The translations under genes were made by a program, and so were the position numbers. From positions 192,001-256,000 of the forward strand of contig JBIJDH010000004.1 in assembly GCA_044344255.1 (NCBI GenBank): a stretch of DNA of 64,000 nucleotides. Reading direction: 5' to 3'. Shown here one piece after another: positions 35,255 through 44,369 of the stretch. Positions within the stretch are counted from its first letter, which is position 1. Each line of letters begins with the position of its first letter. Source of the stretch: Myxococcota bacterium. Lineage in GTDB: Bacteria; Myxococcota_A; UBA796; UBA2385. Under the pieces are notes generated by a model. That model had not been told where the DNA came from. It made no database searches and was given only the letters and a program-made list of their open reading frames with translations.

Positions 35255-35298
35255 AGGCCCCGGGGAGCACGATCCAAGGATCGTGCTCTTCGGGGCCT
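35255..35298. terminator. Long hairpin between convergent genes (likely terminator)
   Basis: 21-nt arms AGGCCCCGGGGAGCACGATCC / GGATCGTGCTCTTCGGGGCCT with two G-U pairs, followed by CTCTCTTT; a small hairpin at 35229-35246 precedes it. Confidence 0.75.
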
Positions 35299-35328
35299 CT
35301 CTCTTTGGGCTCGTAGCCGTCCGTCGGT

Positions 35329-36915
35329 CTACTTCCCCGGGGGCGCGGCTTCGCGCATTCCGGCGGGGCAGTCCGGCTTAGCCTCGATCCGGTAGTAGCC
35401 CACCTCGTCGGCCCAGAACTCGCCCTCGTAGGGCCAGGCTCGCCAGCCCGGCTTGACCCGGGCCTTCCGGCCGACGGTGTCGCGGACCTTCGCCATGTCG
35501 CCGGTGGCCGCGGCCATCTCGTAGAGGCGCGTCTCCATGCTGAGCATGTCCAGCTTGGAGAGCTCGGCGTCGGCCAACATCTGGTCGAGGGCGGCGCTCA
35601 TCTTCTGGGCGTCGGCCTGGATGCGCTTGCCTTCGGTCTGGCGGATGGAGGCCTTACGGTCGGCCACCCAGCCCTTCGCGGCGCGGCTGAAGGGGTTGGC
35701 GGCGATGTTGTCGAGCCGCTTTGACTCGTCTTCGGCGGAGCGCACGGCGCGCAGGCTGCCCAGGAAGCGGTCTTCTGCCTCGAAGTGCCAGGTCACCATC
35801 GCAGGGATCTGGTTGCTGCCGCCGTTCTTCTTCTCGACGTGGTCGGCCATCTGGTCGAAGAGGGCGTCCGGGGTCTCGGCGGCGACCCGCTTCAGCTCGG
35901 CGGCCTTGGGCGTGTAAGCCACCTGGAAGGCGGCCACCTGGCGGCTCGCTTCGGGGAACTTGCACATCAAGAAGAGCGAGTGGATGCGGAGCAGCCAAGC
36001 CTCTGGGTAGAACCACTGGTCGAAGAAGGGCGACACGTGGTTCTGGAGGAGGCTCAGGGCGCCGTTCATGTCATTGACACGGAAGTGCGCCCAGGCCCGC
36101 TCGAATTCCGCCTCCGGCCAGTCCCGGCTGCCGCGCTGCACCTTCGCGTAGTACTCGATGGCGCGCGGGAAGTTGCCCGCCGCGTAGTAAGCGCGGGCGA
36201 TGTTGAGGTCGGTGTGATTGAAGAACTCGCTGCCGCGGCCGAGCTTCTCGGCGGAGCCCCGCGCGGTGAGCAGCGGCGCGAGGGCGTCTACGGGCTTTCC
36301 CTGGAGCGAGAAGTTGATGCCCTCGAGGGTCTTGGCCTCCGGGTACCAGGGGTCCTCGGGGCGCACCATCTTGAGGATGGCCCCGGCGGTGCCGAAGTTA
36401 CCGGAGTGGACGGACTCGCGGGCCGCGAGGTAGGCCATCCGGCTGCGGGTGGCGGGATCGACCTCGAGGCCGACGTTTGCAGCGAACACCTTCTCGAGGA
36501 CCCCGGTGTCACCGACCTTCTCGCCGAGCTCAATCGCCAGCTTGGCGGAGTCGCTGACGAGGACGGGATCTTTGGCGAGGGCCTTCTCGTAGGCGAGGAG
36601 GGCGGCGTAGGGCAGGTCGAGCTCGCGCAGCACGCCGCCGAGCCGGGCCCAGGCCTCGGCGTGAAACTTGTCGTTGGCCGGGTTCTCGACGATCTCGACC
36701 AGCAGGTCAGCGGCCTTGGCCTTCCGCCCTTCTTTGTAGGCCGTGTCGACCTCGCCGAAGACCTTGGCCCGCTCGGCCATGTCGAGCGTGGAGCCAGCCT
36801 CGGTCTTCGAGGCGGTCTCGGGCTTCTTGGCCTCACCCTTCTCGTTCTTCTTCGCCGCCCAAGCCGGCCCGCCGAGGCAGAGCGCGAGCCCGAGCAGCAG
36901 GGCGGAGGGCCTCAT
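35329..36915 (-). CDS. TPR protein, GltC-like (myxobacterial gliding complex)
   Basis: Signal peptide; TPR helices (LNIARAYYAAGNF, AEFERAWAHF); SPFFDQWFYPEA; C-terminal WPYEGEFWADEVGYYR...C, characteristic of GltC-type proteins; ATGA overlap with the upstream gene. Confidence 0.75.
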   Translation of the reverse strand: MRPSALLLGLALCLGGPAWAAKKNEKGEAKKPETASKTEAGSTLDMAERAKVFGEVDTAYKEGRKAKAADLLVEIVENPANDKFHAEAWARLGGVLRELDLPYAALLAYEKALAKDPVLVSDSAKLAIELGEKVGDTGVLEKVFAANVGLEVDPATRSRMAYLAARESVHSGNFGTAGAILKMVRPEDPWYPEAKTLEGINFSLQGKPVDALAPLLTARGSAEKLGRGSEFFNHTDLNIARAYYAAGNFPRAIEYYAKVQRGSRDWPEAEFERAWAHFRVNDMNGALSLLQNHVSPFFDQWFYPEAWLLRIHSLFLMCKFPEASRQVAAFQVAYTPKAAELKRVAAETPDALFDQMADHVEKKNGGSNQIPAMVTWHFEAEDRFLGSLRAVRSAEDESKRLDNIAANPFSRAAKGWVADRKASIRQTEGKRIQADAQKMSAALDQMLADAELSKLDMLSMETRLYEMAAATGDMAKVRDTVGRKARVKPGWRAWPYEGEFWADEVGYYRIEAKPDCPAGMREAAPPGK

Positions 36916-37646
36916 GACTTCCTCTTGCCGAGCTTGCTGTAGCCGATGGTGATGGCCGCGTTCTGCTTGAGGAAGAAGCCCTGGGAGTCGGCGGTCTTGA
37001 CCCGCTTCTCTCGCAGGAGGTCGTCTCGGACCTGCACGCGGATGGTGCCGGTGTCGTGTACGAAGAAGCGCATCCCCACCCCGAGGCCGAGGGTGGGGGA
37101 GAAGGCCATCGCGTTGTCGGGCAAGATGGCCTGCTCGGCCGAGACGCCGAGGCCGCCGAGGCCGTAGATGTCGTAGTGGGCGATCTTCTTGCCGGCGAGG
37201 CTCATCTTGGCGTAGATCGGCGACCACTGGGCGTCGACGAGGAAGCTGCCGAGGAAGCGATAGGCGTCGGGCGTGATGCCGTAAGCGTCGCTCTCCAAGA
37301 TCTTGTAGTTGGCGTTCTTCAGGCCGTAGCCCCCGGTGAAGGAGCCTTCGAAGCCGAGCTGTTCGCTCTTGCTCCACATGCCGGTGAGCTGGAACACCGG
37401 CGTGGTGGTGTAGGTGTCGAAGGGCATCCAGCCGAGGTGGGCGCCGAGCTCCAGGCGGCCCGTCTTCGGGAAGAGCAGCTTCTGCACGACGGTGATGTCC
37501 TGGTTCTTCAGGACGCCGATGTCGAGCGGGCTGCTCACCGCCGGCTTGTCCGCGCTCGGCGGCGGAATATCGTCGTCACTCTGGGCGAAGGCCGCGCGGG
37601 AGGCCAGGAGGGCCATGCCGGTCGCGAGGAGGGCGCGCAACATCAT
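36912..37646 (-). CDS. Small outer-membrane beta-barrel, GltA/GltB-like
   Basis: Signal peptide; ITVVQKLLFPKTGRLEL, WSPIYAKMSL, GLGVGMRFF, as seen in the myxobacterial GltA/B-type OMP family. Confidence 0.75.
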   Translation of the reverse strand: MMLRALLATGMALLASRAAFAQSDDDIPPPSADKPAVSSPLDIGVLKNQDITVVQKLLFPKTGRLELGAHLGWMPFDTYTTTPVFQLTGMWSKSEQLGFEGSFTGGYGLKNANYKILESDAYGITPDAYRFLGSFLVDAQWSPIYAKMSLAGKKIAHYDIYGLGGLGVSAEQAILPDNAMAFSPTLGLGVGMRFFVHDTGTIRVQVRDDLLREKRVKTADSQGFFLKQNAAITIGYSKLGKRKS

Positions 37647-37708
37647 CGACACACCACGGAAGACAGGGGGACAAACAGGGAAGGGCGAGAGACGGGGCGC
37701 ACGCGGGG

Positions 37709-39112
37709 CTAAAAGGGCAGCTCCCGCGGGTTTCCGGACAGCGGCCGGTAGTAGATGCGGACGTCGGCGTTGTAGCCGGGCACCTGATCGGGCCAGAAGA
37801 CCACCGCGTTCTGGGCGGAGTCGTAGCTCCAGCCGTCGGCGTAGATGGGCTCGGTGGAGGGGTCTTCAGAGATCGCATCGGCGTTCTCGATGGTCGCCGA
37901 AGGGATCTCCTCCCCGTCGATCCACACCTGGATGGTGCTGGTGTCGGGCACGCTCTGGAGCTGGAACACCGTCTGCAGGTTGTTCAGCAGGTCGCCGAGC
38001 TGCTCGAGGTAGGTGGCGAAGTCGGAGAGCTCGCAGGCGTCGTCGGAGGCGCCGGGGGCGACGATGTTCTGGTAGAAGCCGCCTGTCACGGTGGCGGCGT
38101 CTTGCAGGCGCTCGACGCTCCAGGTGGGGACGGCGTCGGCGCACTTCACGCCGCCGGTGGCCGGATCGAGGTAGGGCCCGATGGCCACGATCTTGATCGG
38201 GCGCTCGAACTCGGAGAGGAGGTCGAGGTAGGGCTGGGGGTCCGCCTCGCCCTGCGAGAGGCGGCGCGAGTTGTCTCCTTCATCGCTGACGATCACCACC
38301 ACGACCGTGCTGTCGTCGCGGAGGAAGCCGTCGTTGGTGTACTCAGGCGGCACGATGAAGGGGGAGAGGGGGTCATAGCAGCCCTCGGGGGGCTCCTCGA
38401 CCGAGCGGCACAAGGCGAGGTACGCCGCCTCGAGCGGCTCCTCCTGGCCGGAGCCGCTGTTGCCCTGCCAGCCGTCGATACCGCACTCGCAGTCGAGGTA
38501 CTCGAGGGAGATGAGGTCGTCGGGGCCGAGGGGGGTGCCGCAGATGTAGGCGGAATCCGAGGTGAGCGCGCTCTCGTTCCAGCTCGCCGCCTCACAGAGC
38601 AGGTTGCGGCGGAAGTCTCCCTCCACATCGTCTCCGCCGCGGGCCACGACGGTGGGATCGCCGAGCAGCCGCCCGGCCTCACCGGGGTCTACGCCGTCGG
38701 AGTCACCGAAGCCGGCGTAGTCCACCGAGGTGGACGTGATCGCGAGGTGGTAGTCGATGATGCTGCCGCGGTCGCTCGTGTAGGTCACGTAATTGGCGAC
38801 GGCGTCTTCGAGGCTGCCGGTGGGGGGCTCGGAGCCCCGCAGCGTCTCGATGAACGTATTGAAATTGAGCCCGAGCGAGGCTGTCTCCTCTACCATCGAC
38901 GGGGAGTTGTCGATGACGAAGAGGATGTCGGCCTGGTTCGAGTACGAGACCTGCTCGTATCCGGCGACGTTGAACATCGCGTACCGGTTGCAGCCGGGCA
39001 GGGCGCCGAGCGCGGCGATCGCCGCGAGGCCGGCGAAGCGGGCGGTGACCCGGTCTGCGCGGTGGAGCAAGGCAGGGAAGGCAGAACGTACGGGCTGGTG
39101 AAGGGCCACCAT
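37709..39112 (-). CDS. Cys-rich VWA-domain lipoprotein, CglB-like
   Basis: GGAGG RBS; lipobox LPGC; MIDAS DILFVIDNSPSM; GSGQEEPLEAA; GFLRDDSTVVVVIVSDEGDNS; several Cys residues. Confidence 0.75.
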   Translation of the reverse strand: MVALHQPVRSAFPALLHRADRVTARFAGLAAIAALGALPGCNRYAMFNVAGYEQVSYSNQADILFVIDNSPSMVEETASLGLNFNTFIETLRGSEPPTGSLEDAVANYVTYTSDRGSIIDYHLAITSTSVDYAGFGDSDGVDPGEAGRLLGDPTVVARGGDDVEGDFRRNLLCEAASWNESALTSDSAYICGTPLGPDDLISLEYLDCECGIDGWQGNSGSGQEEPLEAAYLALCRSVEEPPEGCYDPLSPFIVPPEYTNDGFLRDDSTVVVVIVSDEGDNSRRLSQGEADPQPYLDLLSEFERPIKIVAIGPYLDPATGGVKCADAVPTWSVERLQDAATVTGGFYQNIVAPGASDDACELSDFATYLEQLGDLLNNLQTVFQLQSVPDTSTIQVWIDGEEIPSATIENADAISEDPSTEPIYADGWSYDSAQNAVVFWPDQVPGYNADVRIYYRPLSGNPRELPF

Positions 39113-39297
39113 CGCCTCCGGGGAGCGGCGCTCAGTGTACCGGGGTCGGGTGGGCTGCCGCAAGGAAGCCACCCCGGAGAGGACCTGCAAGTTTGTGTCA
39201 ACTGCGCTGCCCGGGGGAGCAGAGCGCGGGGAGCGTCGTGCCGGTGCGGCGCAGCGCAGGGGGGGAGACCGAGAGGGGAGGGGAGGGCGTCGGGGGG

Positions 39298-41868
39298 TCA
39301 GAGGTTGCGGACGATCGTCTCGATCGTGCGGAAGGTGTGTGAGACCCTCGGTTGGACGGCCTGACCGCGCGTCCGATGGTGCTCGATGAGGTGGGCCCAC
39401 AGGGAGGCGAACTCATCACGGATCTTGTCGTAGTCGCGGTTCTGGACGAGCTCGCCCATACGGACCACCGGCGGGGGTGCGCCCTCCGGGTAGCAGGCGC
39501 GCATCCGCCCCACCGTCTCTTGGAGGAGCATCGCGATGGGGTCTTGTGCGGGCGGTGCGGCCGCCGCGGGCCGGGGCGCGCGCGGGGGAGCGCCGCTGGG
39601 GGCAGGGGCCTCGTCCTCCACCATCATGAGCGGGGTGGTGACGGGGCTCCCGGCAGGGGAGGGAGGTCGGAAGGGGACGTCTTCGACGATGCGGGCGGGC
39701 GCGAGCGGGGCCTCGGTCGTCGGTCGGGTCGGGGCAGGGGAGCGCTGCGGGGGGGTGGGCTCCGGGGTGGGCAAGGAGGGCGCGCTGCGGGGGAGCCGAG
39801 CGGTGGGCTCGGCGGCGATCTGCGCGCCGCCCCGCGGCGGGGCAGGGGTGAGCGCGCCGGACATGTCGAAGACGGCGTCCGCCGACAGGTCGTCGGCCAC
39901 GTCTTCCATGCCGATGAGCTCGACCGGCAGCCGGTGGGTGTCGGTCGGCTCGTCGAGGGGCTCTGGCGCCGGCATCTGGGGGGCTGGCGTGGCGGCGGGG
40001 GCCGGGGGGCTCGGCTCCACGGGCGGCGGGGCGGTGGTCTCGTCGGAGGGCGTGAGCTGGAACAGGACCTCGACCGAGCTGTTCGGATCGGGCCAGCCCG
40101 CGGACGGTCGGGCGGCCTTCGCTCCCGGCTCGTCGCTCGTGGCGACCTGGGGAGCGGGCGCGCCCACCTCGTCGGTCGGGTCTACCAGCAACATCGGCGG
40201 CGCGATCCGCGGCGAGGCGGGGGCCGCGGCGGCGCTCGCTTCGACGGTGGGCGGATCGCTGACGGGCGGGGCCAGGGGCGCGGCGGCGGGGGGTGTCTCG
40301 GGCGCCGCGGCCTCTCTGGCCTGTTGTGCCGCGAGCTCGATCTCGGCGGCGAGCAGCTCGGCCTCGATCTGGGCTGCGATCTGGCGTTCGATCTGCTCGG
40401 CCTGCGCCTGCTCGGCTCGTCGCGCGGCTTCGCGCTCTTCGGCGGCTCGCAGCGCCGCCGCGGCCGCCTCCTGCGCGGCGCGGCGCTGCTCCTCGGCGGC
40501 TCGTTCGGCCTCAAGTCGCTCGGCCTCGAGTCGCTCGGCCTCGAGTCGTTCGGCCTCGAGTCGTTCGGCCTCGAGTCGTTCGGCCTCGAGTCGCTCGGCC
40601 TCGAGTCGTTCGGCCTCGAGTCGTTCGGCCTCGAGTCGCTGGACCTCTCGCCGGGCGGCCTCCAGCCGCTCGGCCTCTCGGCGAGCGACCTCCTGCCTCT
40701 CGGCCTCTCGGCGCTCGGCCTCTCGCCGGGCGGCCTCGGATCGCTCGGCCTCGACGCGGGCGGCCTCGAGCCGCGCCGCCTCGACGCGGGCGGCCTCGGC
40801 GCGGGCGGCCTCGGCGCGGGCGGCGTCGACTCGGGCCTCCTCCGCCTTCGCGGCGGCCTCGGCGCGGGCGGCGGCCAGCCGATCGGCGTCGATCCGGGCG
40901 GCCTCGATCCGGGCGGCCTCGGCCTGCGCCGCCTCCATCCGCGTGACCTCCTCGGCCAAGGGCGTGCGGGCCGGGGTGGGCAGGCGGTGCAGGCCGCGGT
41001 CGTTGAGGAAGCGGTCCACGTCCTGGCCGAGCAGGGACTCGAGGTCGCTCAGGCGGAGGCAGCCCTTGACGCCGGTGAGGCTGAGCTGCTCGTGGTTGTG
41101 GCACTCCACCACCGTGACCCGGCCGGCGGTGCCCGCCTCGAAGCTCACGGTGGGGGCGATGAAGACGTCGGACTGCAGGCGGGTCTCGCCCACTCGGATG
41201 CTCGTACGGGCCTGGGCGACCTTGAGCTCCGCCCGCCCGCCGTCGAGGCGGATGGTGTCCGCGCGGAGGGAGTCGGCCTCGACGTTGCCGTGCAGCTCTG
41301 CGCTCTCACCGGCTCGGAGCTCCGTGGCGTGGACCGGGCCTCGGGCCTCGAGGTCGGTCCCGGCGACGATCAGGCGGGCGCGGGTGGCGCCCCGGAGGTC
41401 GAGGCGCCCCTCGGTGGCCTCGACGCGATCGGCCACGGTGTCGCCGCCGATCGACACGGCGCCGTGCCGGGCGAGGATGTCGCCCTTCACACGGCAGGCG
41501 CCGCTCACGACCAGGTCGCCCACTTCGATGTGGAGGCTGTTGGCCTCGACGTTCCCTTCGATACGGACCTCGGCGCCGACCACGGTGTGCGCCCGCAGGT
41601 TCCCGCCGATCCGAAGCCCCTGGGCCGTGACCGCCTCGGCGGTGAGCGAGCCCGTGACCTCGATGTTGCCCTCGGGCGCCTCGACCCGGCTGAGCTGGGC
41701 GTCAAAGTGGAGGTGGACGTTGCCGAGCCGCGAGCGGACCTTGTGGAGGCGCTGCCCGAGGGTGCCGTACAGGACGATGTCCCCGTCGTGCTCGATCTCG
41801 AGCCCACCCTCGACCTGATGGAAGACGAGGCCGGCGGGGACGACAAAGGGGTCGGTTCGGGTGCCCAT
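39298..41868 (-). CDS. Bactofilin-like beta-solenoid protein with charged helical repeat and Pro-rich linker
   Basis: N-terminal ~300 aa of repeated (I/V)xGx(L/V)xA units (IEVTGSLTAE, LRIGGNLRA, VRIEGNVEA, ELHGNVEA), then (ERLEA)n, a Pro-rich region and a short helical C-terminal domain. Confidence 0.65.
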   Translation of the reverse strand: MGTRTDPFVVPAGLVFHQVEGGLEIEHDGDIVLYGTLGQRLHKVRSRLGNVHLHFDAQLSRVEAPEGNIEVTGSLTAEAVTAQGLRIGGNLRAHTVVGAEVRIEGNVEANSLHIEVGDLVVSGACRVKGDILARHGAVSIGGDTVADRVEATEGRLDLRGATRARLIVAGTDLEARGPVHATELRAGESAELHGNVEADSLRADTIRLDGGRAELKVAQARTSIRVGETRLQSDVFIAPTVSFEAGTAGRVTVVECHNHEQLSLTGVKGCLRLSDLESLLGQDVDRFLNDRGLHRLPTPARTPLAEEVTRMEAAQAEAARIEAARIDADRLAAARAEAAAKAEEARVDAARAEAARAEAARVEAARLEAARVEAERSEAARREAERREAERQEVARREAERLEAARREVQRLEAERLEAERLEAERLEAERLEAERLEAERLEAERLEAERLEAERAAEEQRRAAQEAAAAALRAAEEREAARRAEQAQAEQIERQIAAQIEAELLAAEIELAAQQAREAAAPETPPAAAPLAPPVSDPPTVEASAAAAPASPRIAPPMLLVDPTDEVGAPAPQVATSDEPGAKAARPSAGWPDPNSSVEVLFQLTPSDETTAPPPVEPSPPAPAATPAPQMPAPEPLDEPTDTHRLPVELIGMEDVADDLSADAVFDMSGALTPAPPRGGAQIAAEPTARLPRSAPSLPTPEPTPPQRSPAPTRPTTEAPLAPARIVEDVPFRPPSPAGSPVTTPLMMVEDEAPAPSGAPPRAPRPAAAAPPAQDPIAMLLQETVGRMRACYPEGAPPPVVRMGELVQNRDYDKIRDEFASLWAHLIEHHRTRGQAVQPRVSHTFRTIETIVRNL
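40501..40635. repeat. 15-bp coding tandem repeat x9 (encodes LEAER)
   Basis: TCG(C/T)TCGGCCTCGAG units; degenerate 15-bp units continue to about 40920. Confidence 0.95.
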
Positions 41869-42018
41869 GATCGCAGACGTACTCGGGTGGGAGCTCAGGG
41901 GGGAGCGCGGTCGCCGCTGGGAGGCCCAGCAGGCCGGACCGAGGCGGGGACGGGTGCCGCAGGCGCGCCACTTTACCGATCGGATCGACCCTTGGGAAGG
42001 GGCCCCGGGGCTGGCCAT

Positions 42019-43326
42019 CTACCCCGTCCTTGGGGCCTCGGGCAGGTGCGAGGTGTTCCGCGTCGGGCCGAGCGCTCGGGCGTACGGGCCGGCCAGCAGG
42101 TCGTGGGCGTGACCGAGGGGGTCCGTCCACGTGAGCGGCGCTTGACGACCTCGGCCGCGGTGGAGCTCGGCCTGCAGCGCGGCCTCGAGCTCGTGGAGCC
42201 CGATCGGCCCCACGAGCCGGGCCCCGGGGCAGAGCTCCGCGGCGCCGCCCTCCCGGCTGACCACCACCCGAAGGCCCGCTGCGGTGGCCTCGCGGATCAC
42301 GAGCGGGCTGTTCTCGGGCCAGGTGGAAGGGAGCACGAGCACGTCGTGATCGTCGAGCAGCGCCTGCATCTCGTCGGGGCGGACCCCCCCCTTCCAGTGG
42401 GCGTTCGGCGTCCGCGCCACCTCGGCCCGCAGGCGTTCGGCGAAGCTGGGGTCACCGTCGAAGGGCGGGCAGGGGCCGGCCAACGTGAGGCTCGCGGCGC
42501 CGACCGGGAGGCGACCGAAGGCGGCGAGCAGGCGGTCCGGGCCCTTCGTGGGGAGGATCGCGCTGGCGAAGAGCAGGCGGAGGGGCCCCGGGGGCGGCGT
42601 GGGCGCGGCGCGGATCGGGCGAATCAACGGGAGGGGCGCGTGCTCGGGGCGCCGGAGGCCGAGGTCGGCGAAGCGGCGCGCGAGGTCGTGCGAGGGCGAG
42701 AGCAGCGTGTGGACCGAGCTCAGGAGGGCCTCGACCGCGGCGATCCGTCGGGAGACTCGGAGGGTGTCGCTCGGACGGAGCGGGCGGTCGCTCACGCGCT
42801 GGTGGAGCGCCGCTCGGGCCCCGGGCCAGGCGCGGAGGCGGCCGCCCAGGCGGGCGGAGAGGGGATCGAGGCGGAGGTGGGCCCCGAGGCAGGCCGCGCA
42901 GGCTTCGGGGCTGGGGCCCCCGCAGGGCTCGCCGGACCCCGTGACGAGCTGCCCGCGGGCGCAGGGGATCGCGTAGTCGTGGAGGGTGAGGACGGTGGGG
43001 ATGCCGTGCTCGGCCGCGATCCGGGGGAGCCCGAAGCTCAGCCCCGAGAGGTGGTGGACATGTACGAGGTCGGGGCGAGCGAGGCGGAGCCAGGCTCGCC
43101 AGCGCGCCTCGACGTCCCGACGCCGGAAGCTCTCCTCCCAGAAGAGGGGCGGGGAGGGCGTGAGGAGCAGCCGGGACTCCGAGGCCTCCGGAGGCCCCCT
43201 GGTGGGCGCGACCAGGGAGACGGCCACCCCGGCTTGCGCGAGGGCCTCCCCCAGCGCGGCGACGTAGAGGCCGGTCCCGCCCATCTGCTCCGGCGGCCAG
43301 CCGTGGAGCACCAGGGCGACCCGCAC
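42019..43326 (-). CDS. GT-B glycosyltransferase (GT4-like)
   Basis: HGWPPEQMGGTGLY, PDLVHVHH, LTLHDY..PC.RG, KGPDRLL.AF, DVLVLPSTWPENSPLVIREA. Confidence 0.9.
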   Translation of the reverse strand: MRVALVLHGWPPEQMGGTGLYVAALGEALAQAGVAVSLVAPTRGPPEASESRLLLTPSPPLFWEESFRRRDVEARWRAWLRLARPDLVHVHHLSGLSFGLPRIAAEHGIPTVLTLHDYAIPCARGQLVTGSGEPCGGPSPEACAACLGAHLRLDPLSARLGGRLRAWPGARAALHQRVSDRPLRPSDTLRVSRRIAAVEALLSSVHTLLSPSHDLARRFADLGLRRPEHAPLPLIRPIRAAPTPPPGPLRLLFASAILPTKGPDRLLAAFGRLPVGAASLTLAGPCPPFDGDPSFAERLRAEVARTPNAHWKGGVRPDEMQALLDDHDVLVLPSTWPENSPLVIREATAAGLRVVVSREGGAAELCPGARLVGPIGLHELEAALQAELHRGRGRQAPLTWTDPLGHAHDLLAGPYARALGPTRNTSHLPEAPRTG

Positions 43327-43788
43327 TCAGAGCGCCGGGTGGTCGAAGCGGTGGGCGCGGGCCTCCGCCTCTTCCCTCGCCGCGGGGCCAGGGCGCATCG
43401 CGCCAAACTGGATGCCGGGCAGGCCCACGATCTTGGTGAGCAGCCACCCCTTGAGGCGCGGGGCCAACCAGCGACGGATGGGCGGGATGATGATGAGCAG
43501 GCCGAGGAGGTCGGTCAACACGCCGGGGCTGATCAGGAGGACGGACCCCACGAGCACCAGCAGGCCCTCCACCACCCGGTCACCGGGGGGGATCCCGAGG
43601 ACGGACTCCTCTTTGAGCTGCCGGATGACACCGAGGCCCTCCCGCTTGGCGAGCCACGCCCCCAGCATCCCGGTTCCGACCACGAAGGCGACCGTCGCGG
43701 CGGGCCCCATCAGCGCCCCCACCCGGATGAGGAGGTAGAGCTCGATGGTGGGCACCACCGTCATCAGGAGGAAGAGGCGCGCGAGCAT
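43327..43788 (-). CDS. fxsA: FxsA family membrane protein
   Basis: VPTIELYLLIRVG, TGMLGAWLAKREG, GSVLLISPGVLTDLLGL. Confidence 0.92.
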   Translation of the reverse strand: MLARLFLLMTVVPTIELYLLIRVGALMGPAATVAFVVGTGMLGAWLAKREGLGVIRQLKEESVLGIPPGDRVVEGLLVLVGSVLLISPGVLTDLLGLLIIIPPIRRWLAPRLKGWLLTKIVGLPGIQFGAMRPGPAAREEAEARAHRFDHPAL

Positions 43789-43800
43789 GGTGGAGTCTAT

Positions 43801-44262
43801 TCACGCCGATCGGGGCGGGGAAGGGGCCGCTACAACGCCGTCGGGGCTGGGGGGGTGCTCATCGGCCTGGAGCTGCCGCTTGGACTCGACCCACAGGGCG
43901 TCGAGCGCGGCGGCGTCGGCCTCTTCGAGGCGCAGGCCCCGGAGGGCGGCGTTCGCCTCGAGGCGCGCGAATCGGCGGGCGAATCGCTGGTTCGCGCGCC
44001 CCAGGCTGGGCTCGGGCTCAAGGCCCAGGTGGCGACCCACCGACGCCACCGCCATCAGGAGGTCGCCGTACTCGTGGTCGAGGGCCGCGGGGTCTCCGCT
44101 CGCGATGGCCTCGCGGAGCTCGGCGAGCTCCTCCTCCACCTTGGCGAGGACGCCGTGAACATCAGGCCAATCGAAGCCCACTCGGGCCACCCTGGCCGCG
44201 GTCTCGTGGGCGCAGATGAGCGCGGGGGAGGCGGGGTGATCGATCTCGTCGCTGGGGAGCAT
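43801..44262 (-). CDS. Single-domain MazG-type nucleotide pyrophosphohydrolase (resembles the C-terminal half of MazG)
   Basis: PAL...ARVGFDW, KVEEELAELREA, HEYGDLL, ANQRFARRF, LDALWVESK. Start is uncertain (44262 or 44328). Confidence 0.85.
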   Translation of the reverse strand: MLPSDEIDHPASPALICAHETAARVARVGFDWPDVHGVLAKVEEELAELREAIASGDPAALDHEYGDLLMAVASVGRHLGLEPEPSLGRANQRFARRFARLEANAALRGLRLEEADAAALDALWVESKRQLQADEHPPSPDGVVAAPSPPRSA

Positions 44263-44369
44263 CGCCGAGTGGGCTCCACGCTCGAGGGGGCTGTTGTCCA
44301 GGTTTGCGGTCAACGTCGTGACACTCAAGCAGAGAGGGTGGTACTATCCGCTCTTCATCGGGGCTCCTC

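Noticed and set aside
40501..40635. Possible CRISPR array (also 46216-46266 and 5136-5234)
   Set aside because: Head-to-tail repeats of 15-17 bp with no unique spacers and no cas genes.
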